Below are positions 18,391-28,229 of a stretch of 64,000 bases of DNA, one piece after another (positions within the stretch are counted from its first letter, which is position 1; every line of letters begins with the position of its first letter). The DNA is from an uncultured virus (IMG/VR IMGVR_UViG_3300032006_000004) (lineage: Duplodnaviria; Heunggongvirae; Uroviricota; Caudoviricetes): IMG/VR virus record IMGVR_UViG_3300032006_000004; one strand, given 5' to 3'. Position numbers and translations under genes: made by a program. The notes under the pieces were generated by a model. The model did no database searches, was not told where the DNA came from, and saw nothing but the letters and a program-made list of their open reading frames with translations.

Positions 18391-18725
18391 ATCCCGATGG
18401 TTTCAGAAGCTTGTATTTTCCGCAGACGTTCCTCCTTTGCTCGAACGATCATGTCGTGGCTACGTTGTTTCGACACACCGATACGCCTACCCGATGCAGC
18501 AGCGTTAGCTGTATGCAGACTTACATCCAGAAGTGCATGTCTACGCTCGTAGCTCAAGATGTCTCGCCACATGCTCGTCTTCTTGGATGCGATGTCATAG
18601 AACTGCAAGTCATCTTCAGATGAACTGCAAGCTAACGCCACGTCCATTAAGTCTTGAAAATCTTCTGGTTCTAGCTCCAACATTTGGTTGAAAGCCGACG
18701 CCATTGAGAATGTTATATCGGTCAT
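18387..18725 (-). CDS. Putative HTH DNA-binding protein
   Basis: AAASGRRIGVSKQRSHDM; homologue 57317..57652 (SQAEAGRFIALGRTRSHEL). Confidence 0.55.
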   Translation of the reverse strand: MTDITFSMASAFNQMLELEPEDFQDLMDVALACSSSEDDLQFYDIASKKTSMWRDILSYERRHALLDVSLHTANAAASGRRIGVSKQRSHDMIVRAKEERLRKIQASETIGI

Positions 18726-18884
18726 TATCCTTGTTCTTCCTGATCTTTAAGTAGTTGTTCGTAACAATTATTTGCTGCTTCTTCATCTTGGAAGAAGTCT
18801 CTTGGCACTCCGTCTTGAAGAACGAACCATCCTCTGCAGTGACGGCCTCCTCCTGTCGGGAATGTGTATGGCTTTATTTCGTAT

Positions 18885-19151
18885 TCAAACACCAGCTTGT
18901 TTCCTTTCTTTCTCGGACCAATCCAAATGAGGATTAGCTCGGATGATGTCAACTTTGGAATACGCATCGTTAAATACGACTGGGTTGTCACGCTTACCAG
19001 CAGGCTTCTTAGCTACTGCCTTGTTGGCTTGCTTGTTAGCTCGCTGTCTACGTTCTCGTTCATAAAGAGATTTCACAGACTTACAGAGGTCACATCGACA
19101 CCCTCTCCCATAGTTGGTTAATGATGGGTTACCGTCGCAATCATGTTTCAT
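18885..19151 (-). CDS. Small Zn-finger-like protein (Y..GCRC..C)
   Basis: MKHDCDGNPSLTNYGRGCRC.LCK conserved with 57649..57891. Confidence 0.7.
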   Translation of the reverse strand: MKHDCDGNPSLTNYGRGCRCDLCKSVKSLYERERRQRANKQANKAVAKKPAGKRDNPVVFNDAYSKVDIIRANPHLDWSEKERKQAGV

Positions 19152-20603
19152 TAAAAGTCTTTCCTGTGGGGAAATGAACCACATTCTCCATGTCTGGTGG
19201 ATCAGGGTCAAGACACTTGAGTGCCTCTAACAATGAATTCTCCACGTCAGCGTGAGCTTCGTACAAACCGTCTGCCATGCCTCTAATAAAGTGCAAGAGG
19301 TCATGTACGTTGTCGAATAGCTCAAGCATGATCTCATTCTGTTCCTGAGTCAGTTGGCTCACTGGTAGCTCCTTCCGTTATCTGTAAGAACAAGGTTTCA
19401 TTGACTACTTTCTGGACCATCTTCTCCATTACTTCCATGAACCATTCGTTGTCTTCGCTAATAACGATGTCGAACTGGTGGATGATGGCTTCCTCAAGGG
19501 CTGTCATCAAACGACCAGTCGTTGTCTGGTCTGGCTTCGTGTCCAGCGACATGTGTTGAGTGGTGAAGAAGTGGTAAAGCTTTGAGCCAGCAGATTGCCA
19601 GCCATCACTCACATCCCAACAACCAAGACCAACACGCACTTCCTTATCGGTAAGGATGTCACAGCCAATAGGGATTTCTGCGCCACAACGATCACACCAC
19701 ATTTCAGCGTCACCGTTTTCGACTATTAAGTTTGACGTAGCATCAGTCATAGTATTCCTCCCATTTTCCTTCGATGGGCAACGAACCTATTTTCTCGGTA
19801 AAAGTGTCCGCTGTTTCCAACGAACCCCAACCATCTTCATTAGACCAAAAGAGTGGTTCTCCATCGAAAGGGTCGATGACCCCACTTATGACGTATGCCT
19901 TAATCTTCATAGTATTCCTCCATGTCATCCATGCTCTGATCCCAACAAGGTGGACACAGGTAGTACGGCCCAGGAAACGGTTTGCCTAATAGATCTATGA
20001 ATTGAGAGTTCATAATGATCTCTCTCTCATCGGGACTCTTGTCGGGCCATACGCTCTGAACCATGTCACCTCCCACCCATTGCTTGATCTCTTTGGTATT
20101 AACTTTGGTTGTTCTGATGACACGGCACTCTTTACATTGTGCTCGCGCATCAACTTCCTGAGTTGTAACAATCATCTCAGGCTGCTCCAATTCATTAGCT
20201 TGCGTTTAATAGGCCATGGCTCTTGTTGACCTATGCCAGCAAAATCCAACATGGCTTCGTCTTCTCCACATGCAGAACACACATAGGTGCGGTTGTTCAT
20301 GCGAGACAAAGCATTTATCTCTTCGGGGTGCATCATGTCATTCACTCTGCACCGTGGACATTTGTTCCAATCGAGTAAATTCATTTACTTATCCTCCAGT
20401 TCGCTGAAGTCAACTTCAGGGTCTTCTACAAACATCTGCAACTTGATCTTGTCTGCATATGTTTCTATATGGTTGAGGTCAGCCAGCAGTCGTTCGACCT
20501 TGGCTCCCTCTTGTGATTCCAACTGTGCTTTCAGCTTCTCTACCTTGCTTAAGGTAAAGACAATGAACGCATAGATGGTTCTCTCTAACTGGGAAAATGT
20601 CAT
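19141..20603 (-). other. Cluster of small early hypothetical ORFs (19141-19362, 19334-19750, 19743-19928, 19900-20190, 20172-20384, 20385-20603)
   Basis: Tightly packed - strand ORFs; several have homologues in B (e.g. CPRC..NALSR..YVCS.CGEDEA; VQ.VWP....REII). Confidence 0.7.
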
Positions 20604-20613
20604 CTCCCTCCCT

Positions 20614-21369
20614 TCACTTAGAGGCTGAGAAACGCACGTTGTTGACGCCCGTTATGCACAGCCCACATTTGAGACAGGCTCCTCGGCCTGTCCGATCTTC
20701 ATTCCATACAACCAACGGGATCTTGCCTGTCAGTTCGGGACAGCGTGGCCCTCGCCTCTGGTCAGGAAACGTCCGAGCTAAAGCATCGGTCGCTTCCCAA
20801 CTCTCAGCGGTGAAAGCCAGCTTCACCCATGGATATGTCTTACTTGTATGGCGTGCCTGCTTCACGTTGTCTTTATCTACCGATAGGTAGACGACAAGGT
20901 TGTCAGCTTGCAGTCGCCTGATCGCATTGAATGTTCTGGTGTATAACCAGAACTTGACTTGCGGAAACCGTTGACAGACTCGCCTGATGGCAGTCGCAAA
21001 CTCGGGTGTCGGGATGTCTCCATCCCAGAACCACCTGAACACCCAGTCTTCTGGCTCACTCCATTTCTGCATGTACTTGAACGACTGTTCAACTACGGCA
21101 TACAAGAGTTCTTCCAGCTTGTCTGGATCATGCAGGTGAGGCTTGACTAGCTGCCAGTTTCTTTCCAACGCATCTCTAGTCTGCTTAAAGACAACTTCCA
21201 GCTTGCGTGCATAACACATAGATTCGCAAGTTGGTGTCGATCCCCAGCATGACTTGATTGCTGGGAGTCCGAATGCGTTCGGGACTCTGACATAAGCCTC
21301 GTTGCCCTCCTCATATTTGCGCTGCATCATAGGTGCAGTCTTACGGTCAGTGCTTAGGTGTAGGTTCAA
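20614..21369 (-). CDS. Gp88-like (radical-SAM-related Fe-S) protein
   Basis: FGLPA..SC.G.T..C...CYA, FRW...GD, WLYTR, C..CGLC. Confidence 0.75.
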   Translation of the reverse strand: MNLHLSTDRKTAPMMQRKYEEGNEAYVRVPNAFGLPAIKSCWGSTPTCESMCYARKLEVVFKQTRDALERNWQLVKPHLHDPDKLEELLYAVVEQSFKYMQKWSEPEDWVFRWFWDGDIPTPEFATAIRRVCQRFPQVKFWLYTRTFNAIRRLQADNLVVYLSVDKDNVKQARHTSKTYPWVKLAFTAESWEATDALARTFPDQRRGPRCPELTGKIPLVVWNEDRTGRGACLKCGLCITGVNNVRFSASK

Positions 21370-22279
21370 CCTTCTCCCCCTATTTCTGGTTCTGGTGTGT
21401 AGCTATCTTCTTCTTTTGACCATTCGGTTAAGGCACGAACCACGGCTTGCGCCATGAATCCTCGCCCTCCGAAACCACCCCACGTATTTTCTAACGTAGG
21501 ATCAGCGGCCATAGCCATTTCTCCTACCCATAGGTGGAAGTCAAGAAGATAGACCGCTGTTAGCTGCTCTACTGGTTCACCGTTCTGGTACAAGGCATGT
21601 TTGCCTGTGCCAGCACGATGCACTCGTTCAAGCGAACGCACATTCCACTCTGGTACCACTTTCCCATCGAAGTAGTCTGGTGATACGAGTGTGTGTCCGT
21701 CACCGTCTAGTGCAGCGTAGTCCTGCCCCTCCTGTTTGGTTAGGGCAAAGCGTATGTCTGCTTTGATCTTGTCCATTTATCTCACCCCCTCTCGTTATCA
21801 GTTTGAAAGTCAAGTCTGATGACTGCGTTCTTGAACTGATTAGTAAGCTCCTGTCGCATGTCAGATTTCGACACGTTCGCTACCTTCTGGACTGCCTCGA
21901 TAAAGGCATCGCCAGTGGAGCAAACATTCTCGACTCGAACGAAGTCACGCAACAACTGTCTTACATTGTTGTTGATCTCTTCGCCAAGGTCATCGCCTCT
22001 AACAATGTCCATTTGGTCAACGACTTGATGTACTTCGTCGTGGACATCTAGGTCTTCGTGAACCATGTCTACGATCTCTCGTGAATGGTCACTTATGATG
22101 TCCAACCAGTCAACTCCCTCAAAATATGATTGAACTTCGTCACGTATTGCATCTCCAAGAAGTTCGCGGAGTGCTTGCGAGTTCAGTTCCAGAGTTAGAT
22201 ATGGACTGTTGATTATTTGTACTTCGAGTTCCTCACTCATGGTGATTCTCTCCCTTAATTTGTGATGTTGGCTAGACAT
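21366..22279 (-). other. Two early hypothetical ORFs (21366-21776, 21782-22279)
   Basis: Homologues at 60585-60935 and 62220-62801. Confidence 0.65.
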
Positions 22280-22343
22280 CTGAATAAGCCATGAGGAACA
22301 CCAAACTTACTGTTCCAGTAAGTCTGGTGTTCCCGAGTCTCAT

Positions 22344-23327
22344 TCAGACCTGAACGAGTTGGCGTGCAGCCCTATCAGTGAGTGGCATTGACCCGAATAG
22401 CAGACGGTCAAGGTGCCGTCCTTGTTTCGTGCCACCACGCACCTGTTGGACGTGCTGCTCATATCCCTGTACAGCCATGAGCGCACCCCACTTGGTTTCC
22501 CTGATGCCGCCATCAAGGTCATCGTGGTAGTAACGGGCAGTTATCTTGTCGAAGGTTTTATCCCAAGACGTTTGGCTCCTGCCCTCATCCTCTGGACGTT
22601 GACCCAACAGACTCCTAGTTAGGTCACCGAAATTGCCAGCGGTGTAGCTCTCGTTGATAAGCCGTTCTACTTGCTCATCGAGATGTTGTTGCAGCTTGGC
22701 TGCCTCAACGAACGAGTCGATAGCCCATTGCAGATAGCTAGTGGCATGACGAGTGTGCTTGATAGACCATGAAGCCTGCACACCTAGCACGTAGGCAGCG
22801 AATGTGTTTGAACACACCACCACTCCGATGGTTGGACGGCCTGAAGCGGCAATCGTCCCATCATGTGCATCAGTCAGTGTGAAGTATTTATGGATATCGC
22901 TGTAGCCCTCAATCTTTAGAGGCGAACCCATCTCCAGTGTCACGTATGCCTTTCGACCGTGATTAAGGGTGCCCTTGGATGCAACTCCAGCGGAGAAACC
23001 GTGATCTAAAAGTTTCTCTACAGCGGCATCCATCTCATCATATTGAGTGATGCCTCTGCCCTCGGTTACTCCCACATTTAGTGGGAACCCATTGTCGTCA
23101 CGACGAATGACGAAGCCATTATTTACGTCCCATTCGGAAACAGGTGTGTAGATAATCTCCCCGTCAATCATGTCTTGGACATACAGTTCTTGGCGGTTGG
23201 CTTGGAATTGCCATGGATTCTCTGCGTACTCCTCTGCGGAGAGCAGGTGACCATAGGTGATCCCTTTGCCATGCCAAGCTGTATTGGCGTAGACCGCTAG
23301 GTCATCGCCGTAGATTTCAGCAGACAT
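22344..23327 (-). CDS. DUF932-family phage/plasmid protein
   Basis: AWHG.G, G.L..G..., AHDG, VVC.NT, KHT, T.WGA..AV..Y. Confidence 0.85.
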   Translation of the reverse strand: MSAEIYGDDLAVYANTAWHGKGITYGHLLSAEEYAENPWQFQANRQELYVQDMIDGEIIYTPVSEWDVNNGFVIRRDDNGFPLNVGVTEGRGITQYDEMDAAVEKLLDHGFSAGVASKGTLNHGRKAYVTLEMGSPLKIEGYSDIHKYFTLTDAHDGTIAASGRPTIGVVVCSNTFAAYVLGVQASWSIKHTRHATSYLQWAIDSFVEAAKLQQHLDEQVERLINESYTAGNFGDLTRSLLGQRPEDEGRSQTSWDKTFDKITARYYHDDLDGGIRETKWGALMAVQGYEQHVQQVRGGTKQGRHLDRLLFGSMPLTDRAARQLVQV

Positions 23328-23432
23328 GCTGACTCCTTACTTGGTTGTTTATGTTGTTAATGGGAGACTTACTGGAACAGTAAGTCGCTCATCGTGGGAT
23401 GAAGGGGCGTCGAACCCCTAACCACTAGAACC

Positions 23433-23461
23433 ATTCTATCATCCCATACAGGTAATGTCAA
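23433..23461 (-). promoter_or_regulatory. Sigma-70/SigA-type early promoter TTGACA-N17-TAGAAT
   Basis: Near-consensus hexamers upstream of the DUF932 gene, with a palindrome site at 23367. Confidence 0.8.
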
Positions 23462-23500
23462 GTACCCGCGTACCCATTTTGTCAAGGTACACAGGACTCG

Positions 23501-23836
23501 TCACTTGTACCTGCCACAAGTCCACAAGTCCCACCCCCCACGAGTGTTCTCATGTATGTAGTGAGCCATCCATGTTGACTGCACTACTTCGTATCGTTTC
23601 GGCCAGTGTTTTTCAAACACATGGCCCCAATAGTGTTCGTTTATCTGAAACAATCCATGATCTACCCCGTTGTAGGCACGAGGATTGTGCAGTGACTCGC
23701 ACCACGCAACTCCCAGCGCCCTCACGCAGTCGTCTGCAAAATATTCGCAAACGACTTCAGGGATTTCGGCATTCGGTGGCTCATAGTTCACCGATGCGAA
23801 GTCAAGGATTGACCAGATAGCCAACCAAAGATTCAT
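23501..23836 (-). CDS. Secreted lytic transglycosylase-like (SLT/Rpf-like) protein
   Basis: Hydrophobic N-terminus; CES...P.A...D.GLFQIN...W; W..WTC. Confidence 0.75.
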   Translation of the reverse strand: MNLWLAIWSILDFASVNYEPPNAEIPEVVCEYFADDCVRALGVAWCESLHNPRAYNGVDHGLFQINEHYWGHVFEKHWPKRYEVVQSTWMAHYIHENTRGGWDLWTCGRYK

Positions 23837-25377
23837 CCATCCCCCAGTAGCATTAGACCCAAACGAATATCCGACAGCCCTTGATACAGAGCCTCATCTG
23901 CCCGATTCAGGTCATTGTTCTCCCTCAGGTAGTCAAGAATCTCAAGTATGTGAAATAGCTGATGTTTGGTTATCTGCACCTTTCGAGTCTTGTCCTCGCA
24001 GTCGCCATCGGCGCAGTCACCGAAGCCACCACAGATGTTGCATATTTCTTCGTCGAATTTCAACATTATCGTAAAGGGTGATCCTCTCTGTCTGCCCCAT
24101 ACAACATCCACACTGCCTGAGGCAGCTTCAAGTCATATGACAAGGCATGACACCAGCCGTCATACCCATAGTTGTTGAAGTCCTTGACAGCAACAACAAA
24201 GGGTGCATCAGGAAACGCACACATCTCAGGTGGGCGTTTCACCAGTATCCTGAACAACCCATCAGTAGGGTCGTCGGGATACATCTTGTCCATCTCAATG
24301 ATTGGGTAACCATTGGATGTGATTGGTTTATCGTGTTCCAACACAGTCTCTCTCCCATTCTCCAGTGTTTGGATTCATTACATGCGTGATCCAACCAGTC
24401 TTGGTTCGATTGTCACGCTTGGTTTCTCGTTGCCATTGGTTGCGGCGATGTTTCCGCAACTTCTTTCTATTCTGAGCAGTCTTAGACATTGCTCTCCCCT
24501 TTCTTAATGAGGTCCTGTTCAGCTTCCTTAGACCAGTCGTACGGTTTCCCGAACTCTGTGCCCATGTACATGATGTCCAGCATCTCCTGAGTGCGCCGCA
24601 CCCAGTACTCATGCTGCTCCATCTCTTTCTTGCGAGCGTTGTATGCCCATATCCCAACGAATACGCAAACACACAGAAGTATGAATGCTGCACCCATCGG
24701 TGTTATCCAAGGCCACGTAGTCATGGCTCTCCTCTCCTTGTTACCAGCCAGACATATGGCCGAACGCATCGTCCGACCATCGAATGGCATCGTTGAATGT
24801 TTCTATCTTCTGGTACTTCAATTCATCTACCAGATCTTTATTCCTGACTGCTTCAATGCATGATCCATGACGAATCTTGATTGCAACAGTCAATGCGAGA
24901 TAGAACGTCGTACGTTCGTTCTCGCTAGCGTTAGGGTTGTCCTTCAAGTCTTTCAACTTGAAGTGCCCATTCTCAATCCAGATCACTGTAAATATCTCCC
25001 TTTCTGTACTTACTGGAACAGTAAGATCATGTGCTGTATTGAAGCGCCTCTTGTCTGGCAGCTTCAAGTTCAGCGGTTGTAGGAGGATGACCTAAACAGT
25101 CAAGCTCCATGAACCCTTTGTCACTCGTCCACAACGCCACATGATATGTGCGGTGTAGATCAACGAGTCCTTGTCGGGTAATGAACCTGTATGGTTCGTG
25201 ATTACAAGATAGCAACGGATTAACCGATACGTCCGTGTCTGGGTGAACGACAAAGAACTGATCGTTCGTTTCAAACAGAGTCCGCACAATCTCCCAATCT
25301 CCAGTAGGCCAGCTAAAGGAGGCTAAGAGAAGTACGTCGGAACCTCGGGTAGTCCGTGCGTTACTGCGTGGCAGCAT
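23833..25377 (-). other. Cluster of small early hypothetical ORFs
   Basis: Packed - strand ORFs 23833-24111, 24066-24344, 24482-24790, 24741-25067, 25027-25377. Confidence 0.55.
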
Positions 25378-25448
25378 CGCTCTCCCCTCTGGAACTTACT
25401 GGAACAGTAAGTTCGCTCCGCAGGTGGACTCTCCACCCACCAACAACT

Positions 25449-25476
25449 ATTTTACCATACCCACAAATAAAGTCAA
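25449..25476 (-). promoter_or_regulatory. Early promoter TTGACT-N16-TAAAAT with TG extension
   Basis: Upstream of the 25377 ORF cluster, palindrome at 25394 downstream. Confidence 0.65.
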
Positions 25477-25655
25477 GTCATTCTTGACGCCAGTAGTCAC
25501 TGCCCACGGCACCTCCCCATTCACTATCAGAACTACAGAGCACACGGCACACGGCACTATTCATTCACTCATTCACTATCAGACATAAACACAAACAAAA
25601 AAAAGAGAATGAATCTTTCGATCCATTCTAAGTGACTTACTGGAACAGTAAGTAC

Positions 25656-25689
25656 AAAAAAAAGGGGAGGGATCTTTCGATCCCTCCCC
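25656..25689 (-). terminator. Rho-independent terminator
   Basis: GGGGAGGGATC-GAAA-GATCCCTCCCC-T8; degenerate second copy at ~25597-25629. Confidence 0.9.
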
Positions 25690-25708
25690 CACTTACTGGA
25701 ACAGTAAG

Positions 25709-26461
25709 TTAGGCCGTAGCCTTAGCAGCTTCCTGCTCTGCTACTGTCTCTTCGCAGTTGGCAACCATGGTTGCAGTATTCGCAAGGAAGTTGCGAATAG
25801 TGTCAGCATGCTTCACGCCGCCAGCAGCATCAGTTGCTAGACGCTTGTTCAGAGCTTCTAGCTGTTGTGCAGCAGCTTTCACCAGAGCATCAGTAGATAC
25901 CTTAGGTGCGCGATTCCTACCGCCTCCATTCTTGGTATTACCTTTACCCTTACCCTTACCGCTACCGTTCTTATTACCCGAACGCTTAGACTCTTCAGGC
26001 TTGCTAGCGTTAAAGGCTTTACTGACTTTCTCTGCCAGATCACTAGTCAACCATTCAGCGTTACCCTTAGATTCTTTCCTAGCATCTCTCAGGGTTTGAA
26101 TAGCAGCAGAACGGCCACCATGGGTATCAACTGGATCAAGCGCAGGCTTAATCTTTGCCAGACAATCCATCGAACCAACTAGCTTTTTCTCTGCCATGGT
26201 TGCAGTGATGACTTTAGTCTCCACTAGCCAGTGCAGAGCAATGCCAGCAGCATTCCAACTAGACCAACGCCTATCGGTAAAGTCTGGGCCGATTGACTTC
26301 TGAAGTTGTGCTTTAACCTCTGACACCTCAGAGCGTCCTAGGTCTTTAGTTACTGCACCTAGGCTGTATGCCCAGTTCTGCATTGCTAGGCCAATAGTTA
26401 CCTTTAACTCGCCGTAAGAAGTTGTCAGCTTCTTAACGGTATTACTTATCTTCGTAGCCAT
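25709..26461 (-). CDS. First early gene: basic 250-aa protein of unknown function
   Basis: GGGAGG RBS; Lys/Gly-rich linker; palindrome sites on both sides; own terminator. Confidence 0.75.
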   Translation of the reverse strand: MATKISNTVKKLTTSYGELKVTIGLAMQNWAYSLGAVTKDLGRSEVSEVKAQLQKSIGPDFTDRRWSSWNAAGIALHWLVETKVITATMAEKKLVGSMDCLAKIKPALDPVDTHGGRSAAIQTLRDARKESKGNAEWLTSDLAEKVSKAFNASKPEESKRSGNKNGSGKGKGKGNTKNGGGRNRAPKVSTDALVKAAAQQLEALNKRLATDAAGGVKHADTIRNFLANTATMVANCEETVAEQEAAKATA

Positions 26462-26876
26462 AGTGGCTACCTCCCTATTGTTAGCGACTTACTGGAGCAG
26501 TAAGTCGGAGGGTCTGTCCCTCTGCTATCTAAGTTATGGATATGGGGACGGTACGCAAACGGTAGACCATATGCCTAGTTCATAGGGTTTGATAGCCCTA
26601 GTTCCTGGCCTATCCCTAACCCTTAGCCCCATTTACTAGGCCAATATGGGTAGAACCTAGGCCGTTCCTGCGCTACTGGCACCCTAACGAACCACGGAGA
26701 AGGGGAGGGGGGTACCCTAGGGGGGGTCCTGATAGTGGTCCCGTGTATGTATAGATATCAATATCCAGTGCGTTCAGTTTTTGAAACTTGGACGGGGGAG
26801 AGAGTGTTCTTTTTTGTTCTTTCCATGTATGCCTGTTACTGGAGAGGCGTTAGGGGCATACAAGGTAGGGAAAGGT

Positions 26877-26921
26877 GGGGGGGGAGGGGGAAACGCTTGG
26901 GGCGTTTCCCCCTCCCCCCCC
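26877..26921. repeat. 20-bp perfect inverted repeat of G/C tracts upstream of TerS
   Basis: G8-A-G5-AAACGC / GCGTTT-C5-T-C8 around a 5-nt loop. Confidence 0.85.
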
Positions 26922-26980
26922 CTACACTATACCCACAGTGTCCCACTTTCCCTCGCGGGACAACTAAACTTTAAATATAG
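26922..26980. promoter_or_regulatory. Divergent pair of GGGAC-N13/14-TRTAG late-promoter-like motifs upstream of TerS
   Basis: + strand 26957-26980, - strand 26944-26922; same motif at 2951, 12363, 30386, 32872, 42354, 51293. Confidence 0.65.
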
Positions 26981-26991
26981 GAGGTTTTCTT

Positions 26992-27444
26992 ATGCCGCAA
27001 AATGGTGGTGGCCGAGGATGGGCAACAGACCCCGACACAGGCGAAAAAGTAATGCCCCAGCAATGGGCAGAATTTTTAGAGTGGCTGTTATCGGATGAGC
27101 GTATTCCGTCTTCTGCTAGGGAGTGGTGTGCCGAGCGTGACTTGAATGAGCGTACGGTTAGGAGGTGGAAAGCTGACCCTCGTTTCATTCGTGAGTGGGA
27201 CCGCAGGGCTGCTGAACTGAACGTCCACCCCGAGCGTACCCAGTCAGTAGTTGACGCTCTGTACAAGCAGGCCGCTCAGGGTGATGTTAAGGCTGCATCT
27301 TTGTACTTACAGTACATAGAAAGATTCACTCCGAAGCGGAGAGTGGTTGTGGATGATGAGCGTGAGGCGTCTGGTATGTCTGATGCGGAGTTAGCTGCTG
27401 AGTTAGATGATTTGATTGCTGGTTTAAGGAGCGAGGATGCCTAA
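26992..27444 (+). CDS. Terminase small subunit-like HTH protein
   Basis: HTH (ERTVRRWKADPRF), AL...A..GDVKAA.LYL; first late gene. Confidence 0.75.
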   Translation: MPQNGGGRGWATDPDTGEKVMPQQWAEFLEWLLSDERIPSSAREWCAERDLNERTVRRWKADPRFIREWDRRAAELNVHPERTQSVVDALYKQAAQGDVKAASLYLQYIERFTPKRRVVVDDEREASGMSDAELAAELDDLIAGLRSEDA

Positions 27445-27680
27445 AAAGTACGGATATTCGACTAAGGGGAGAGGTAAGGCTGCAAAGTCTTCTGCGAAGA
27501 AGTTGCGTTCTTCAAAGTCGAAGAAACGATGACGGAGTTGCAAGACTTACATGATGATGGGATGTGGATGCAAATGGAAGAGATGGGGGAGCGTCCCGAT
27601 TTGTTGACTGATCCGTTTTTGGATGATGAACCTATTGAGTGTTCGTTGGATGAGGTGGATATTTGTGAAAGTTGTCAGTG

Positions 27681-27929
27681 ATGGTGAGTAAGTCAACTGC
27701 GTATTATCGTGCGAATCCTGAGGCTAAAGCTAAGAAAGATGCGTATAACACGAAATACCATGCGACTCCTGAGCGTAAGAAATATCGGGCAGATTTAGAC
27801 AAGAATCGGAGAGCAAGAGCTAATGCTGGTCAGAGTTTGGCTGGTAAGGATGTTTCGCACACTAAGGGGGGCGGCACGACCTTAGAAGATAGTTCTAAGA
27901 ATCGTGCTCGTAATAGGGGAAAGAAATAA
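27681..27929 (+). CDS. Small basic HNH-like protein
   Basis: GKDVSH...GG...E..S.NRARN. Confidence 0.55.
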   Translation: MVSKSTAYYRANPEAKAKKDAYNTKYHATPERKKYRADLDKNRRARANAGQSLAGKDVSHTKGGGTTLEDSSKNRARNRGKK

Positions 27930-27944
27930 CTCTGTGGGGGGTTT

Positions 27945-28229
27945 ATGTCGATTGAAGATGTGGCAGAAAAAGCTGATGTCTGGTCTGAGGCGATTAAAAA
28001 GATCATTAAAGCCGTTACTGCGGCGGTTGTCGCGCTGGTTGCTGGGATCTCTGGATTAATGATGTTGTGGCCTAGTAGCGAGAAGCCTGATCCTGCGCCT
28101 GTGGTGCGGACTGATTTGGTTCCTGGCTATGGGCCTCAGTGTTCGCAGTTGTATAACACGATTGACCATACGTGGACTGAGAGTCAGTGGTCTGTGTGGG
28201 AATCTTTACGGAAAGATTTAGGTTGTTAG
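27945..28229 (+). CDS. Hypothetical membrane protein
   Basis: One transmembrane segment. Confidence 0.55.
   Translation: MSIEDVAEKADVWSEAIKKIIKAVTAAVVALVAGISGLMMLWPSSEKPDPAPVVRTDLVPGYGPQCSQLYNTIDHTWTESQWSVWESLRKDLGC

Larger units (their letters stand above)
22305..26505. repeat. Phage A dispersed palindrome ACTTACTG-GAA-CAGTAAGT, 7 copies
   Basis: 22305-22323 (inverted), 23367-23385, 25008-25026, 25394-25412, 25635-25653, 25691-25709, 26487-26505. Confidence 0.95.

Noticed and set aside
23394..23447. Canonical tRNA gene
   Set aside because: Only ~54 nt, with no anticodon arm or CCA; kept only as a tRNA-like finding
22305..26505. Palindrome families as CRISPR repeats, with the Cas4-like gene as a cas gene
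   Set aside because: Spacing is irregular (tens of bases to over 1.5 kb) with genes in between, there are no other cas genes, and solo Cas4-like exonucleases are common in phage replication modules
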